Origin: Malacoraja senta
Lineage: Eukaryota
Assembly: GCA_038087875.1 (NCBI GenBank)
Contig: JAXLNO010006061.1
Location: 124,001 to 182,940 of the forward strand
DNA: 58,940 bases
Direction: 5' to 3'
Each line of letters starts with the position of its first letter. The stretch's first letter is position 1. The translations under genes were made by a program, and so were the position numbers. Shown here in pieces: positions 1-12,224 of the stretch. A model generated the notes under the pieces. That model made no database searches. It was not told the DNA's origin and saw only the letters and a list, made by a program, of their open reading frames with translations.

Positions 1-155
1 ATGTGGCCCTTGTGGCTAAAGGGATCAGGGGGTATGGAGAGAAGGCAGGTACGGGATACTGAGTTGGATGATCAGCCATGATTATATTGAATGGCAGTGC
101 AGGCTCGAAGGGCCGAATGGCCTACTCCTGCACCTATTTTCTATGTATCTATGTA
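1..155 (+). mobile_element. CR1 LINE 3' end
   Basis: 3' UTR ...ggctcgaagggccgaatggcctactcctgcacctattttctatgt with (tttctatg)-type tail, same as the CR1 ends at 18.7 and 44.4 kb. Confidence 0.85.
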
Positions 156-329
156 TACCCATCTGACAGGTTAAACATTACACTAACTGACAAGAGATGG
201 CCAAAGGACATAACTGCAGCAAATGTTCTTTTGGTAATATGTTTAAAGGTGTCAAAACAAATAATAACATTGGGAATTAAAACACATTTGATTACATTCA
301 GTTATCAAACATAATCAATGTTCGCTCTG

Positions 330-1265
330 AAGACCATGAAGCACAATAGGGTCAGGGGGTGTGTGAATCAGTGCGGGGTGGATAGATGGCGGGGGGGGGG
401 GGGGGGTTGAGAAGGCAATCGGTGCGGAATGTATGGATTGCGGCAGGTGATTAGTACGTGTTGGTTGGAGTATGTAAAATTGTGAGAGGAGAGCACGGGG
501 GATGTCAGTGGTGTTGAATGGGGGGGGATCAATATGGGATGGATGGGGGGAATCAGTATAGGATGAATGGGGGTTCAGTACAGGACGAATGGGGGTAGAC
601 AAAAAGGCTGGAGAAATTCAGCGGGTGAGGCAGCATCTATGGAGCTAAGGAAATAAGCAACGTTTCGGGTCGAGACCCTTCTTCAGACTGTTCCCCCCAT
701 TCTTTTTGAATGGGGGGGATCAGCACAGGATGAATGGGGGGATCAGTACAGGATGAATGGGGGGGGTCAGAGCAGTGTGGATCGGAGGGTCTATGCAGGA
801 TGAATGGGAGATCACTACAGGATGAATGTGGGGATCAGTACAGGATGAATGGGGGATCAGTAAAAGATGAATGCGGAGATCACTACAGGATGGATGGGGG
901 GCTTGGTGCAGGGTAAATGGAGGGTGGGTCAGTACGGGATGAATGGGAGGATCAGTGCAGTATGAATGGGGGGGGGGAGAAGTGCAGGATGGATGGGAAG
1001 GGGGATCAGTACAGGATGAATTGGGGGACCAGTGTAGGATGGATGGGGGGGGGGGGGGGTGGCAGAAGAATCAATGCGAGGTGGGTAGGGTGATGAATAG
1101 ATTGGGGGGGGTAGATGGGGAGGGGAGCACAGAGGATGTCAGTGAGGACTGAATAGAGGAGGGAATGGGGATCAGTGCGGGATGGAGAGGAGGGGTCCCA
1201 GGATAAGAGCGGTGGAGGGGGGCGTACAAGAGAGAGAGAGAGAAAGAGGGGGGGGGGGAAGGGGC
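330..1265. repeat. Purine-rich minisatellite, ~20-bp unit caggatgaatgggggatcagta, degrading into G/A-rich sequence
   Basis: Many imperfect tandem copies visible; explains the low-complexity ORFs here. Confidence 0.85.
595..690 (-). mobile_element. Penelope-like (pLTR-type) short repeat with minimal hammerhead ribozyme core
   Basis: Minus strand reads agtCTGAAGAa-gggt-ctcg-accc-GAAAcgTT (659-686): CUGANGA, stem II hairpin, GAAA, ACGU palindrome, UH. Confidence 0.7.
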
Positions 1266-1269
1266 AGAG

Positions 1270-1800
1270 GAGGTGGGGAGGAAGAAAGGTAAGCGCTCCT
1301 CGGACATCGCCCCGCTGCCTTGGCCGTCCCTGTCCAACACCAAAGTGCCGTCGCCGCCTCCTCGCCACCGCCTCCCCTCCTCCGCCAGCCGACAGGAAGG
1401 TGCGGGGCCGAGCGGTGCAGCTCAAACATCCTATAGCTGTAGGATCTTTGGTGCAGCTGCTTCAGACGGCGGAAGGAGGCCTCCCTCTCCCTCCCTCCTC
1501 CCGGCCTCGGCATGCGAGTGGGGTTGGTTTGAAAGTGTCGTTAGCGGAGTTGCAAGCAGCGACCGTTATCAGGGCGATAGGAGCCACTGATGGCAAATCC
1601 GCAAAAGACGCTTTCAAAACAACCCCCTCTCGCACGCCGAGGAGGGGGGGGAAAGAGGGAGGCCTCCTTCCGCCGGGCGGGAGGCGGTGGAGCTGCTGTC
1701 GCGGCCGCTGTTGCCGCTGTTCGGGGCCCGTCATTCGCCCCGACCCTTCGTCACCAGGCACCTAGCATCTTTGACCCGCAATCAAAGATACTAGAGGAAT
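1270..1800. other. GC/CpG-rich island-like segment, function unresolved
   Basis: High CpG density relative to flanks; strong + strand donor AAG|GTAAGC near 1289; no recognisable protein. Confidence 0.35.
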
Positions 1801-1808
1801 ACAGCCGC

Positions 1809-1868
1809 CGACCCGAAACGTCAGTTCCTATTCGCTGGAGATGCTGCATGAGTTACTCCAGTTTTTTG
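1809..1868 (+). mobile_element. 5'-truncated Penelope-type repeat (hammerhead 3' half only)
   Basis: gacccgaaacgtc...gagatgctgc...gagttactccag matches the other copies; CTGAAGA missing. Confidence 0.55.
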
Positions 1869-1954
1869 CGTAAACCAGTATTTGGGTGCCAAGCCGGGCA
1901 AAATGAGTCGCCGTTTAGGTTGCCTGGGGGCACTTTCTGTGGTCAATGGGGCCC

Positions 1955-2850
1955 AGGCAACCGCTAATTTCCAGCCCTGCTGCATCTGCCACGCATCTGC
2001 CCACTCACTCAACCTGTCCAGGTCACCCTGCAACCTCCTAACATCCTCTTCACAGTTCACACTGCCACCCAGCTTTGTGTCATCCGCAAACTTGCTAGTG
2101 TTGCTCCTAATTCCCTCTTCCAAATCATTAATTTATATGGTAAACAGTTGCGTCCCCAACTCCACTCGCCACTGCATCCCATTCTGAAAAGGACCTGTTC
2201 ACTCCTACTCTTTGCTTCCGGTCTGCCAACCAATTTTCTATCCATGTCAACACCCTACCTCTAATACCGTGCTCTAATTTTAGTCACCAGTCTCCCGTGC
2301 GGGACCTTATCAAAGGTTTTCTGAAAGTCTAGATACACTACATCCACTGGCACCCCTTCATCCATTTTACTTGTCACATCCTCAAAAAATTCCAGAAGAT
2401 TAGTCAAGCATGATTTCCCTTTCATAAATCCATGTTGACTTGGACAAATCCTTTTACTGCTATCCAAATGCCCCATTATTACCTCTTTAATAATTGTCTC
2501 CAGCATCTTTCCCACCTAACTGGTCTGTAATTCTAACTGGGAGGCCTCCCTCTCCCTCCCTCCTCCCGGCTAACTGGTCTGTAATTCCCCATTTTTTCTC
2601 TCGCTCCTTTATTGAAAAGTGGGATAACATTAGCTGTCCTCCAATCCACAGCAACTGATCCTGAATCTATTCAACATTGGAAAATGATCACCAATGCGTC
2701 CACTATTTCTAGAGCCACCTCCCTGAGAACCCTGGGATGCAGACCATCAGGACCAGGGGATTTATCATCCTTCAGTCCCATTAGCCAACCCAATACTATT
2801 TCTCGCCTAATGAACATTTATTTCAGTTCCTCTACCCCCTTAGATCCTCT
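1955..2850 (-). mobile_element. CR1 LINE RT fragments
   Basis: ORFs 1821-2123 (FADDTKLGG) and 2261-2515 (QHGFMKGKSCLTNLLEFF...VYLDFQK). Confidence 0.9.
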
Positions 2851-3451
2851 GTCCTCCAGTCTGCTTTTCAGCAAAATGATTCAGCTTTGCTATTCTGACT
2901 ACATTCTTGGCCATTGTCCACACCATGCTTCCCAGTATGCGAGTTCCTACTTATCTTACTTAACATTTTCAAAATTCCCTACAACACCTACCAACAATGC
3001 TAAATTTCATCTGAAGGCCTCCCTCTCCCCCTCTACCCCTCCCTCTCTCCCCCTCCCTCTCAATTAAACACAGTTAAACCCGTCTCACGGTGCGAGCTGA
3101 CCCACGAGGTACCCCGAGCTTAAAACAAATTTAACTTGTGGTAATCACTTACAATTAACGTAGTGGGAACGTCGGAACTCGTGGACGCAACTTAGCGACT
3201 CGTGGCGCTAACGGCAGGTACCCGTGAAACTTGTTAACTGTTGAAAAAGTTCAAACATGTTTAAAGTTTTCCACGAGTAAAATTTACTCTTGAGGTTAAA
3301 AATTGAAACATTTGTAAGAACTTGGTGGCCCTTGAGTTAAACTTAGTGACTCTTGAGTCTACCGTGTTGGATTAACGTTTCGAGTGCGATCTTTCATCAG
3401 AGCTCCGTTTAATTAATAAATCCAGCCACGGTATTTTGACATCAGTCTAGA

Positions 3452-4413
3452 TACACTACATCCAGGCTGCCGGCCCGGATGGAGTCCAGGGAAGGGTACT
3501 AAAGGACTGTGCTGTACAGCTGGCGGAGGTATTCACGAGAATCTTCAATCTGTCTCTATCTCTGGCAACGGTCCCCAAGTGCCTGAAAACAGCCACCATA
3601 GTGCCGGTGCCGAAAAAGTCCAAAGTCACCAACCTGAACGACTACCGCCCGGTTGCCCTAACTCCAACCCCAATGAAGTGCTTCGAAAGGCTGGTCTTCT
3701 CCCATATCAAATGCAGCATCCCTGCCTCACTGGACTCCCATCAATTTGCATACAGGGGATGCCATCTCTCTGGCTCTTCACACTGTCCTGACTCACCTGG
3801 ACAGACAGGGCACGTATGTGAGGAAGCTCTTCATTGACTATAGCTCTGCATTCAATACGGTCATCAATACCCAAGCTCACCACCAAACTCGATATGCGAT
3901 TGGATCTTGAACTTTCTGACGGAGCGACCGCAGGCAGTGAGACTGGGCGCGCACCTGTCCTCCACTATCACCCTGAGCACCACAGGGCTGTGTACTAAGC
4001 CCCATGCTCTACTCCCTCTTCACTCACGACTGTGTCCCTGCATTCGACACCAACACCATCGTGAAGTTTGCAGACGACACCAACGGTGATCACCAACAGT
4101 GATGAAACAAAATACAGAGCGGAAGTGCAGAACCTGGCGGACTGGTGCGCTCATAACAACTTGTCACTAAACACCTCCAAGACCAAGGAGCTGATTATTG
4201 ACTTCAGGAGGTCCCATAATGGAGAATACGCCCCAATCTCCATTTACGGGGAAAGTGTGGAGAGAGTGTCCAGCTTTAAGTTTCTGGGCACTCACATTTC
4301 AGAGGACCTCACATGGTTTATTTATTTTACTTTTCTTGTACATCGGTGGAGCTGCATACTAAATCTCGTTGCACTGACGTGCAATGACAATAAAAGATAT
4401 TATTATTATTATT
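3452..4413 (+). mobile_element. Rex1/Babar-like LINE, RT fragment and 3' end
   Basis: [52 protein letters not shown]; tgacaataaaaga + (tat)n tail. Confidence 0.85.
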
Positions 4414-4708
4414 ATATTTGTTTCAGAATGCTTCAATCTATAATAACTGAAAATTTCTTTCAGTTCTCTTAATTTTTAAGAAAGTTATGGGCTTTTGACT
4501 GTCCTCGATCACAGCTTTTGTGTTAAGTCAATGGAAAAGCAACAGGGAACAAGATGCTAATTTCCGAGTATGAAAATGGCCATAGCTTTTTTAATACTGA
4601 AGATATGAAAGTGAATTAGGTGTCAAATTAAACGTCTTTTTATGCTTTATCTGACGGGATAAATTACAGACTTGATTTTTTAAATCTCAAAATGTTGTAA
4701 CATTGCTA
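4414..4708 (-). mobile_element. Partial copy (left ~300 bp) of the TIR element that interrupts the IgW V gene
   Basis: Reverse complement matches 37022-~37318 including the terminus TAGCAATGTTAC. Confidence 0.85.
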
Positions 4709-5456
4709 CTCATCGAGTCAGTCATACAACACGGAAACAGCTTATTTGGTCCAATTTCTCCATGCCGAACATGGCGCCCCACATGCCAGCGTATGGCCCA
4801 TATCCTTCCAAACCGATGCTATCCATCTGATAAGATAGTATGCAAAACAAAGCTTTTACACGTGACAATAATGAAATAATTTATTTGAATCGTTGCTGTG
4901 TTTTATTGCTAACCTAAATTTAGCAAGCAATTTTAAGCCGTTCCCTGGCAATATAACTACATTTCACTTGCTATTTTAATTATTTCTGAACAAAATTCTA
5001 CAGCAAGTGACATTTATAAAATATTTACAATATATTTACTACTCTACATATAGTAGAGTACACTTCTTTTTTTTGATAAATATATGTAGAGTAGTAAATA
5101 TATTTTCTGCCAGCAGATGTTAAAAAGTGACATAATCCTGCATATTTCCTTTGGTTGTTTTTTTTACCAATAGTTTAATACATTAGACCACAGTTAAAAA
5201 AATAAATAGTTAAAGACTATAAACTGTAGACAAAGGAACAATATTTTGAGAGTTTGCTATATTTGTAGAATCGAGCTTTGCAATGTACTTTCTCGTGAAT
5301 TAACGTGGTGCTTTCTTATTTTGATTGAAAAGCAAGAATCCAGTCACTGATTATAGGGTGCAGGTAATATTAAACTGCGCACCCCCTGTTTCTGCAACGG
5401 ATATTGCAAAAGTTCTGCTTCGCCTGGAAAACTCGTTATCAATTCATAGGATATCA

Positions 5457-5885
5457 TATTGAATTGAATTGAATTGAATTAGACTTTATTAATCCCCTTA
5501 TTCAGGGGAAATTCAGATGTCCTTGCAGCACACTAATAAAATACAACACAGTATTAAAAATAAGTTCAACACCAAAACATCCCTCCACAGTGGGAACCAC
5601 TGTGGGGGAAGGCACAAAGTCCAGTCCCCATCCTCTTGTCCACCCAGAGTCGGGCCCACTGAGGCCTCCACAGTCGCCGCCACAGCGCCCGATGTTCTCA
5701 TCGGGTGATGGTGCTCCGGCGTCGGGAGAACCCCCAGCGGCTTGGGGTTCCAGGAACGACCACCTTCCCACCGAAGACCGCGGCTTCCAAGCCAACAGAC
5801 CGCGCCGGACGGAGCTCCACACACTATGAAGAAGAAACTAGATCAGCCGTGATCTACCTGGACGGCGGAGAAGACCCAAGGATTG
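5457..5885 (-). repeat. Unclassified interspersed repeat with (aattg)n tail
   Basis: Tail aattgaattgaattagactttatt; internal cacagtg..cactgtg hairpin like the repeats at 13.5-13.9 and 55.8-56.2 kb. Confidence 0.5.
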
Positions 5886-6859
5886 CTTACTCCAGCTTAA
5901 ATTTATTACGTCCTTATTAACGGTCAGTATTTGAAAGGTTATCCTTTAAATGAAATAGTTATTGCCATTCCTAAAGGCTTTTGCAAAAACTTAAACCGTG
6001 GTTTATTATTAAGATACTTGAGAATGTTGTTTCATTAACAAATGCTCCTGCAGTTACTGAGATCAATTTAAAAACACAACAGTGCCTTCAGTGGATTTTT
6101 TTTTATTTTTTAACTTTATTCATAAAAAGATGTACAGGATATGCAATACACCAATGCCATGTGTAATTTCAAAAATAATGTTTCTCCTGAATAAAAATAT
6201 GTATAAAACAAAAACCGTGTGAAATCTTTTCATAGATTCTCAGTGGTTAATGCCTTTGATATTTTTCTAAAATAAACTTTACTCAGAATAAGAAATGTGC
6301 ATAAAACAAAAACAGTGCAATGCATTATCAGTGTCTATACATTCAATAGTGTCATACTTAGGAGTGTTTCCATCTATATTTAAACAAAACTCTCTTGTCG
6401 CTATGTGCCCCTTAGGGTGATATCCCTACCCTTGTCTGACGGGTGTCCCCATTTCAATATCCTGCAGCGGAAGGGCCATAGACTGTGGTCCAAATGAACT
6501 GCACGTAAATGCAATGCAGATACAAATATTCTGTGTCTGTGTCTGCCATTTCCGTCTTTATGGCTTTCATGTCACGATTGCCAGTTCAATGAGTAATTCG
6601 GCTTAATTCAGATTTTATATGCGGATGCGAATAGTTTAATTATAAAGTTTAAATTCTATTAAATATGTTACAGGGAAAAACGTCCAGCAATGAAGAGACA
6701 TCCCTGTATTTAAATAGCGCCCATCACAAACTCAGGAGGTTCCAACGTCTATTACAGTAAAGGAAGTACAGTGAACGTACTTCGATAAACATAATGTTGA
6801 GCATGAATATTGTTTTGTTTAAAAATGGTGATAACAAGGCTTGTAAATATGCAAAGGCA

Positions 6860-6948
6860 AACAAAAAACGCTGGAGAAACTCAGCGGGTGAGGCAGCACC
6901 TACGGAGAGAAGAGATATGCGACGTTTCGGGTCGAAACCCTTCTTCAG
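6860..6948 (-). mobile_element. Penelope-type repeat with intact hammerhead core
   Basis: Minus strand CTGAAGAa-gggt-ttcg-accc-GAAAcgTC (6921-6948). Confidence 0.7.
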
Positions 6949-7189
6949 TAACACTGTTGCTTATTAAAACAGACCTTCATTCACGTTTGGCTCAAGAGTA
7001 ACTCGGGAGAGGAACTTGGTAACTCGGGACACGAACTTGGAACATCGCAAAAATGACAAGTTAACGGGAAACGTAGTCATACCCGTGGGAACTCGGTTAA
7101 ATTCTTGATCATACACTTGGAATCTCGTACACAACCACGAGTCTTTCACTCGGGGTACCTCGTGGGTCAACTCGCACCGTGAGACAGGG

Positions 7190-8670
7190 CCATTACACTA
7201 TGGGCCACCTCCCTGAACCAGGCCATTGTTCCATCATGTTTCAAGACAGCCACCATCATACCAGTTCCCAAAAAGTCTACAATAACCTGCCTGAATGATT
7301 ACCGCCCCGTAGCACTCACACCAATAATAATGAAGTGCTTTGAGAGGCTTATTAAGCAGCACATGGTCTCTAAACTACCCCCCAGTTTTGACCCATTCCA
7401 GTTTGCTTATCGCCCGAACCGCTCCACAGAGGATGCTATCTCCTCTGCAGTCCACCTGAGCCTACAACACCTGGAGGTGAAGAACACCAACGTGTGGATG
7501 CTGTTTGTTGACTTCAGCTCAGCATTCAATACGATAATCCCCCAGCATCTGGTGAGCAAACTGGCACCCCTAGGATTCAATACCACACTATGCAACTAGA
7601 TCCTGGATTTCCTTTCTGAAAGACCCCAGTCTGTGCGGGTGGGAAAGAACACCTCCTCGGTCATCACACTGAGCACCGGCTCCCCTCAGGGCTGTGTCCT
7701 GAGTCCGCTGCTCTTCACATTGATGACACATGACTGTGTCGCCAAGTCCACTACTAACCATATCATCAAATACGCTATTGACACAACAGTAGTGGGCCTC
7801 ATCCGCAACAACGACAACCAGGCATACAGAGAGGAGGTGGAGCAGCTGGTGCAGCAGGAACAACCTTCTCCTAAATGTGGACAAAACCAAGGAGATTGAC
7901 GTCGATTTCAGAAAGAAAAATCAGCCCAGTCACACTCCGCTGTGCATTAACAACTTAGCAGTGGAGCAGGTGAAAAGCATCAAGTTCCTGGGTGTGCATA
8001 TAACGGATACCTTAACTTGGGCTACTAACATCACATCTCTGGTAAAACGGGCACAGCAGCGTTTGTACTTCCTCCGCAGGATGAGAAGATCACACCTCCA
8101 CCCTCCCATCCTCACCACATTCTACAGAAGCACCATTGAATCAGTCATGACCAGCTGCATCTCTGTGTGGTGCGGCGGCTGTACAGCTGCGGACTGGAAG
8201 TGCCTTCAGAGAGTGGTGAGGACAGCGGAAAAAATCATTGGGACTTCTCTTCCCTCCATCATGGACATTGGTTACAAACGCTGTCTGTCAAGAGCTAAGG
8301 GCATTACCAGAGCCCCCACACACCCACAATATGGACTGTTTACACTGCTGAACTCTGGGAGGAGGTACTGCAGCATGAAGGGCCGGTCAACCAGGTTCTG
8401 CAACAGTTTCATCCCCCAGGCCATAAGATTATTGAACTCACAATCAAACCGATGCAAAAAACTGTCTTATACATTGCCACTTTTTAAAAACGTTCCTTTT
8501 TTAACTATGCACATAAAGCACTTTTTATGGACACACTAAGCATTTTTACTGATCGCCTGATATAAATGGTATATTCTGCTGCTACTTGGAAGAGTCAATG
8601 CAACGAAATTTCGTTCAATGTGCACTGTGTCTATGTGTATATTTGAATGACAATTAAAGTTATATTATTA
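7190..8670 (+). mobile_element. Rex1/Babar-like LINE, RT C-terminal half plus 3' end (frameshifted)
   Basis: ORFs 7330-7599 ([13 protein letters not shown]), 7633-7899 ([13 protein letters not shown]), 7877-8539 (KFLGVHITDTLTW...SGRRY). Confidence 0.9.
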
Positions 8671-8769
8671 TATTGCATAAGTAGACATTCTTTTTTCCTC
8701 AATATCTGTTGTACTAATATCTTGTTTTATCCATACTTGTGCATGTCAATAAACTCAATTTGAATCCAA

Positions 8770-9010
8770 CCATGATCCCCTCTCCCCTCCACTCCTTCCC
8801 CAGTCCCTCTCTCCTTCTCTCCCCTACCCCTCACCTCTTCCTCCCCTCCACTCCTTCCCCATTCCCTCTCCTTCTCTCCCCTACCCCTACCCCTACCCCT
8901 ACCCCTACCCCTCCCCCTCACCTCCCCCTACCCCTCACCTCCCTCTCTCCCTCACCTCCCCCTCCACTGCTCCCCTCGCCACTCGTCTCTCCCCCTCTGT
9001 CTCCACCAGG
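8770..9010. repeat. Polypyrimidine low-complexity tract incl. (ccccta)n
   Basis: C/T-only run. Confidence 0.85.
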
Positions 9011-9027
9011 GCCTTTCTTGTTTTCAC

Positions 9028-9108
9028 CTCGAGTTCCTCCACACGACGAGCCAGGCGGCCGATCTTGGTGCCGATGTCGTCCTTCTGCAGTCTCCCCGAC
9101 GACGACAT
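9028..9108 (-). CDS. Candidate first coding exon of an unidentified gene (MSSSGRLQKDDIGTKIGRLARRVEELE)
   Basis: ATG in context gaagATGt, 27 open codons, possible donor GAG|GTGAAA, directly downstream of a motif-dense CpG promoter; no protein recognised. Confidence 0.35.
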
Positions 9109-9109
9109 C

Positions 9110-9270
9110 TTCCCGCTTCCACTGTAGATGGCCGCTGTGCCGCAAAGCGCGCCGGGAAATGTAGTCGATCCCGCCCAAAGTTACTAGAGGAGCAAGATGG
9201 ACCAATCGTCTGACGTAATGACGTTGCACGTCACGGCCGCCATTTGCTGATGCCAAACGCGACTTGTGGT
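9110..9270. promoter_or_regulatory. CpG-rich housekeeping-type promoter module
   Basis: CGGGAAATGTAGTC (ACTACAnnTCCC, ZNF143/THAP11-type) 9153-9166; GC box 9170-9176; CCAAT 9202-9206; three TGACGT CRE/ATF cores 9211-9233; YY1-like GCCGCCATTT 9236-9245 and AGATGGCCGC 9126-9135. Confidence 0.6.
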
Positions 9271-9279
9271 AATGTTGAC

Positions 9280-9432
9280 CTCCCTCCCTCCCTCCCCCCT
9301 CCCCCCACCCCCCCCGTCTCCCTCCCCCTTCCCTCCCCCCCCTCCCTCCCTCCCCCTCCCCCCTCCCCCCTCCCCGTCTCCCTCCCTCCCGTTCTCCCTC
9401 CCTCCCGCTCTCCCTCCCTCCCTCCCCCCCTC
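9280..9432. repeat. Poly-C/polypyrimidine tract (G-rich on minus strand, G4-prone)
   Basis: C-run composition. Confidence 0.85.
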
Positions 9433-9695
9433 CATTTAGAACGGAGACAAGAAAACACTTTTTCACAGAGTGTTGTGAGTCTGTGGACTTCTCTGCCTCA
9501 GAGGGCGGTCGAGGCTGGTTCTCTGGACATTTTCAAGAGAGAGCTAGACAGGGCTCTTAAAGATAGCGGAGTCAGGGGATATGGGGAGAAGGCAGGAACA
9601 GGGTACTGATTGGGGATGATCAGCCATGATCACATTGAATGGCGGTGCTGGATCGAAGGGCCATATGGCCTACTCCTGCACCTATTGTCTATTGT
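9433..9695 (+). mobile_element. CR1 3' end
   Basis: NTFSQSVVSLWTSLPQRAVEAGSLDIFKRELD, then UTR and (ctattgt) tail. Confidence 0.85.
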
Positions 9696-10063
9696 GTATT
9701 TGGGTGTGGTCCACACACATTTAAAGAGCTGGTTCTTGCCACAGATTTGCCCATTCACTTCATTTATCCTTATCTCAGCAAGGATACCATCCAGATGCTC
9801 TGTTGACACTTCTGCTTGCCTTGTGTGAGCGGCAAACTTTTTCGTGTGGCTTTCTATCCGACATCTCAACTATCAATAAATATAGTGAATAGCTTCAGCC
9901 CTGAACACGTTGCCACAGGCAAAGCTCATCACTGGCCCTTCCTTCTGTAACTTTCCACTTTCTGAATGAGTTTATCAAATGCATTCACAAAGATGATCAA
10001 AACTCCTTTCCCTGTTCATTAGCTTTGAATATTTTAAAGACCAGAAAGGTTCATCACGAATGT

Positions 10064-10180
10064 GTGGGAAGGAACTGCAGATGCTGGTTTACACCAAAGA
10101 TAGACACAAAACTCTGTAGGACATGCAGCATCTCTGGATAGAAGGAATGGGTGACATTTCGGGTCGCGACCCTCCTTCAG
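10064..10180 (-). mobile_element. Penelope-type repeat, hammerhead core mutated
   Basis: CTGAAGG..gggtcgcgaccc GAAAtgTC. Confidence 0.6.
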
Positions 10181-10484
10181 AATGTTCTATTCTTTGGACG
10201 GAGGAGACTAATACATGTATATTTACATAATCTGTAGAAAGACAATGTGCAATCTTAGATCCAGGTCACCTGTTCCCCACCAACTTGGCAACACCTCCCA
10301 AAACGCACCAACAGGCAACACCAACACTACATGTATATTCTTTATTGAACATTGATAGGTTACATTGACACAAACACACATGTAGCCTCTTGTGGGGTCT
10401 CTGCAGGTTTCATGCAGTATCAGACCTGACACAAAGATGTTATCATAGTAACTGCAAGTTCTCTGAAACTTTGGTAATTGATAT

Positions 10485-10975
10485 TTCAAGAGTCAAGAGA
10501 GTTTTATTGTCATGTGTCCCAGATAGGACAATGAAATTCTTGCTTGCTGCAGCACAACAGAATATGTAAACATAATACAGAACAGGAGATAAAAGTTCAG
10601 TGTGTCTATAGACCATATATATATACATATATATACACACAATAAATAAACAGATAAAGTGCAATAGGCTGTTATTGTTCAGAGTTTGTTTGATGGCTGT
10701 GGGGAAGTAGCTGTTCCTGAACCTCGATGTTCCAGATTTCAAGCTCCTGTACCTTCTTCCTGATGGCAACGGAGAGATGAGTGAGTGGCCAGGATGGTGT
10801 GGATCTTTGATGATGTTGGCAGCCTTTTTGAGGCAGCGAGTGCGATAGATCCCTTCGATGGTAGGGAGGTCAGAGTCGATGATGGACTGGGCAGTGGTCA
10901 CAACTTTTTGCATTCTTTTCCGCTCCTGGACGTTCAAGTTGCCGAACCAAGCCATGATGCAACCAGTTATGTTTA
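10485..10975 (-). mobile_element. Rex1/Babar-like LINE 3' end
   Basis: GCIMAWFGN...IIKDPHHPGHSLISPLPSGRRYRSLK in ORF 10443-11084; (caagagt) tail. Confidence 0.85.
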
Positions 10976-11219
10976 ACCAAAAAATGCTGTTTGATATGAA
11001 TTTGGTCTGGAATCCATTTTCATTCTCAATTGACGTTCTCTCCCTGGCTGAGTAATGTGAACCCTGGAACACCAGTCTGCACAAGACACTGCATAGCAGT
11101 GACTTTCTGGAGAGACATTCCCTTTCCTCAAGAGTAGCAACTGCTCAACTAACCACAGCCTGGTCTTGTTACTATCGGCACAATATCACAAGAGGAGATA
11201 ACCACATTTGACAGAGTGC

Positions 11220-11915
11220 AGGAGATGGTTAGACACACGTATGTACAACCAGGCTCCTTCACCCAGAGTAGTGCAATCAAGAACCAGGGCATGGGTTTAA
11301 AGTGAGGGGGGACAGATTTAATGGGAATCTGAGGGGCAACCTTTTCACACAGAGGGCACTGGGTACATGGAATGTGCTGCAGGAGGAGGTAGGTGACGCA
11401 GAAACTATGACAATGTTTTAAAGTTATTTGGACAGGTACATGGATAGGACGAATAGTGAAAGGCCTGGACTGAGCGGATGTAAAGAGGATGATTCCACTG
11501 GTGGGAGAGTCGAGGACCATAGCCTCAGAATTAAAGGAGGTTCCTCTGGGAAGATGAGGAGGAATTTGTTTTGTCACAGGGTAGTGAATCTGAGGAAGTC
11601 ATTGCCACAGAAGGCTGTGGAGGCCCACTCAATGGGTATTTTTAAAACAGAGATAGATTGATTCTTGATTAGTGTTGGTGTCAAGGGGAGAAGGCAAGAG
11701 AATGGGGTTAGGAAGGCGAGATAGATCAGCCATGATTGAATGGCAGAGTAGACTTGATGGGCTGAATGGCCTAATTCTGCTCCTATCACATGAACATGAG
11801 ATGATCAGTGATTTAGGCCAAACACGGGGAGACGGGACTAGTGTAGATCGGGCACTTGGTTGGCAAAGGCAAGCTGAGCCGAAGGGCCTGTTGCCGTCCT
11901 GTATAAATCTATGAC
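11220..11915 (+). mobile_element. Composite of CR1 3'-end fragments
   Basis: GNLFTQRALGTWN and RNLFCHRVVNLRKSLPQKAVEA motifs plus CR1 UTR. Confidence 0.75.
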
Positions 11916-12224
11916 TCCATGATCACTCCAGTGCCAACACGCTTGTACCCAGCTCCATCCACTCAATGGACTTTCTGATGGACCTCTTTTCCAGTGTCGA
12001 CAAACAATTGTACAAGTACAAATACTCAATTCCACTCTTCAAATTAGCAGCAAGCCAACTAGACTGAGATGCCACACACAGAGGGCCGACAACAATGAGT
12101 GGACTGACCCTGTGACACTAATTTTGAAGAACAGCAGGCTTGGTCTTCTCAGTGTCCTGGCTACTGAGCAGTTTTGGAATAAACTGAAGATGTAAAAGTA
12201 CAGAGATATTTAGCATTGTGCCCT

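Larger units (their letters stand above)
3081..7187. mobile_element. TIR DNA-transposon/MITE (PIF/Harbinger-like) halves at ~3081-3365 and ~6998-7190 enclosing nested insertions
   Basis: 37-bp inverted repeat with 1 mismatch: gtctcacggtgcgagctgacccacgaggtaccccgag (from 3082) vs its reverse complement ending near 7185. Confidence 0.6.

Noticed and set aside
330-1180. Repeat array as a CRISPR-like or switch-like region
   Set aside because: Units are tandem and degenerate without unique spacers, the DNA is eukaryotic, and the array is far from any J-C intron.
3744-3751. Ig octamer ATTTGCAT
   Set aside because: Inside a Rex1 RT coding region, 33 kb from the V; expected by chance.
5230-6600. Short coiled-coil-like minus-strand frames (EAELLQYPLQKQ; NRDMKAIKTEMADTD) as downstream exons of the 9.1-kb candidate gene
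   Set aside because: Frames are short, contain stops or need frameshifts, and splice sites are weak; not supportable without homology search.
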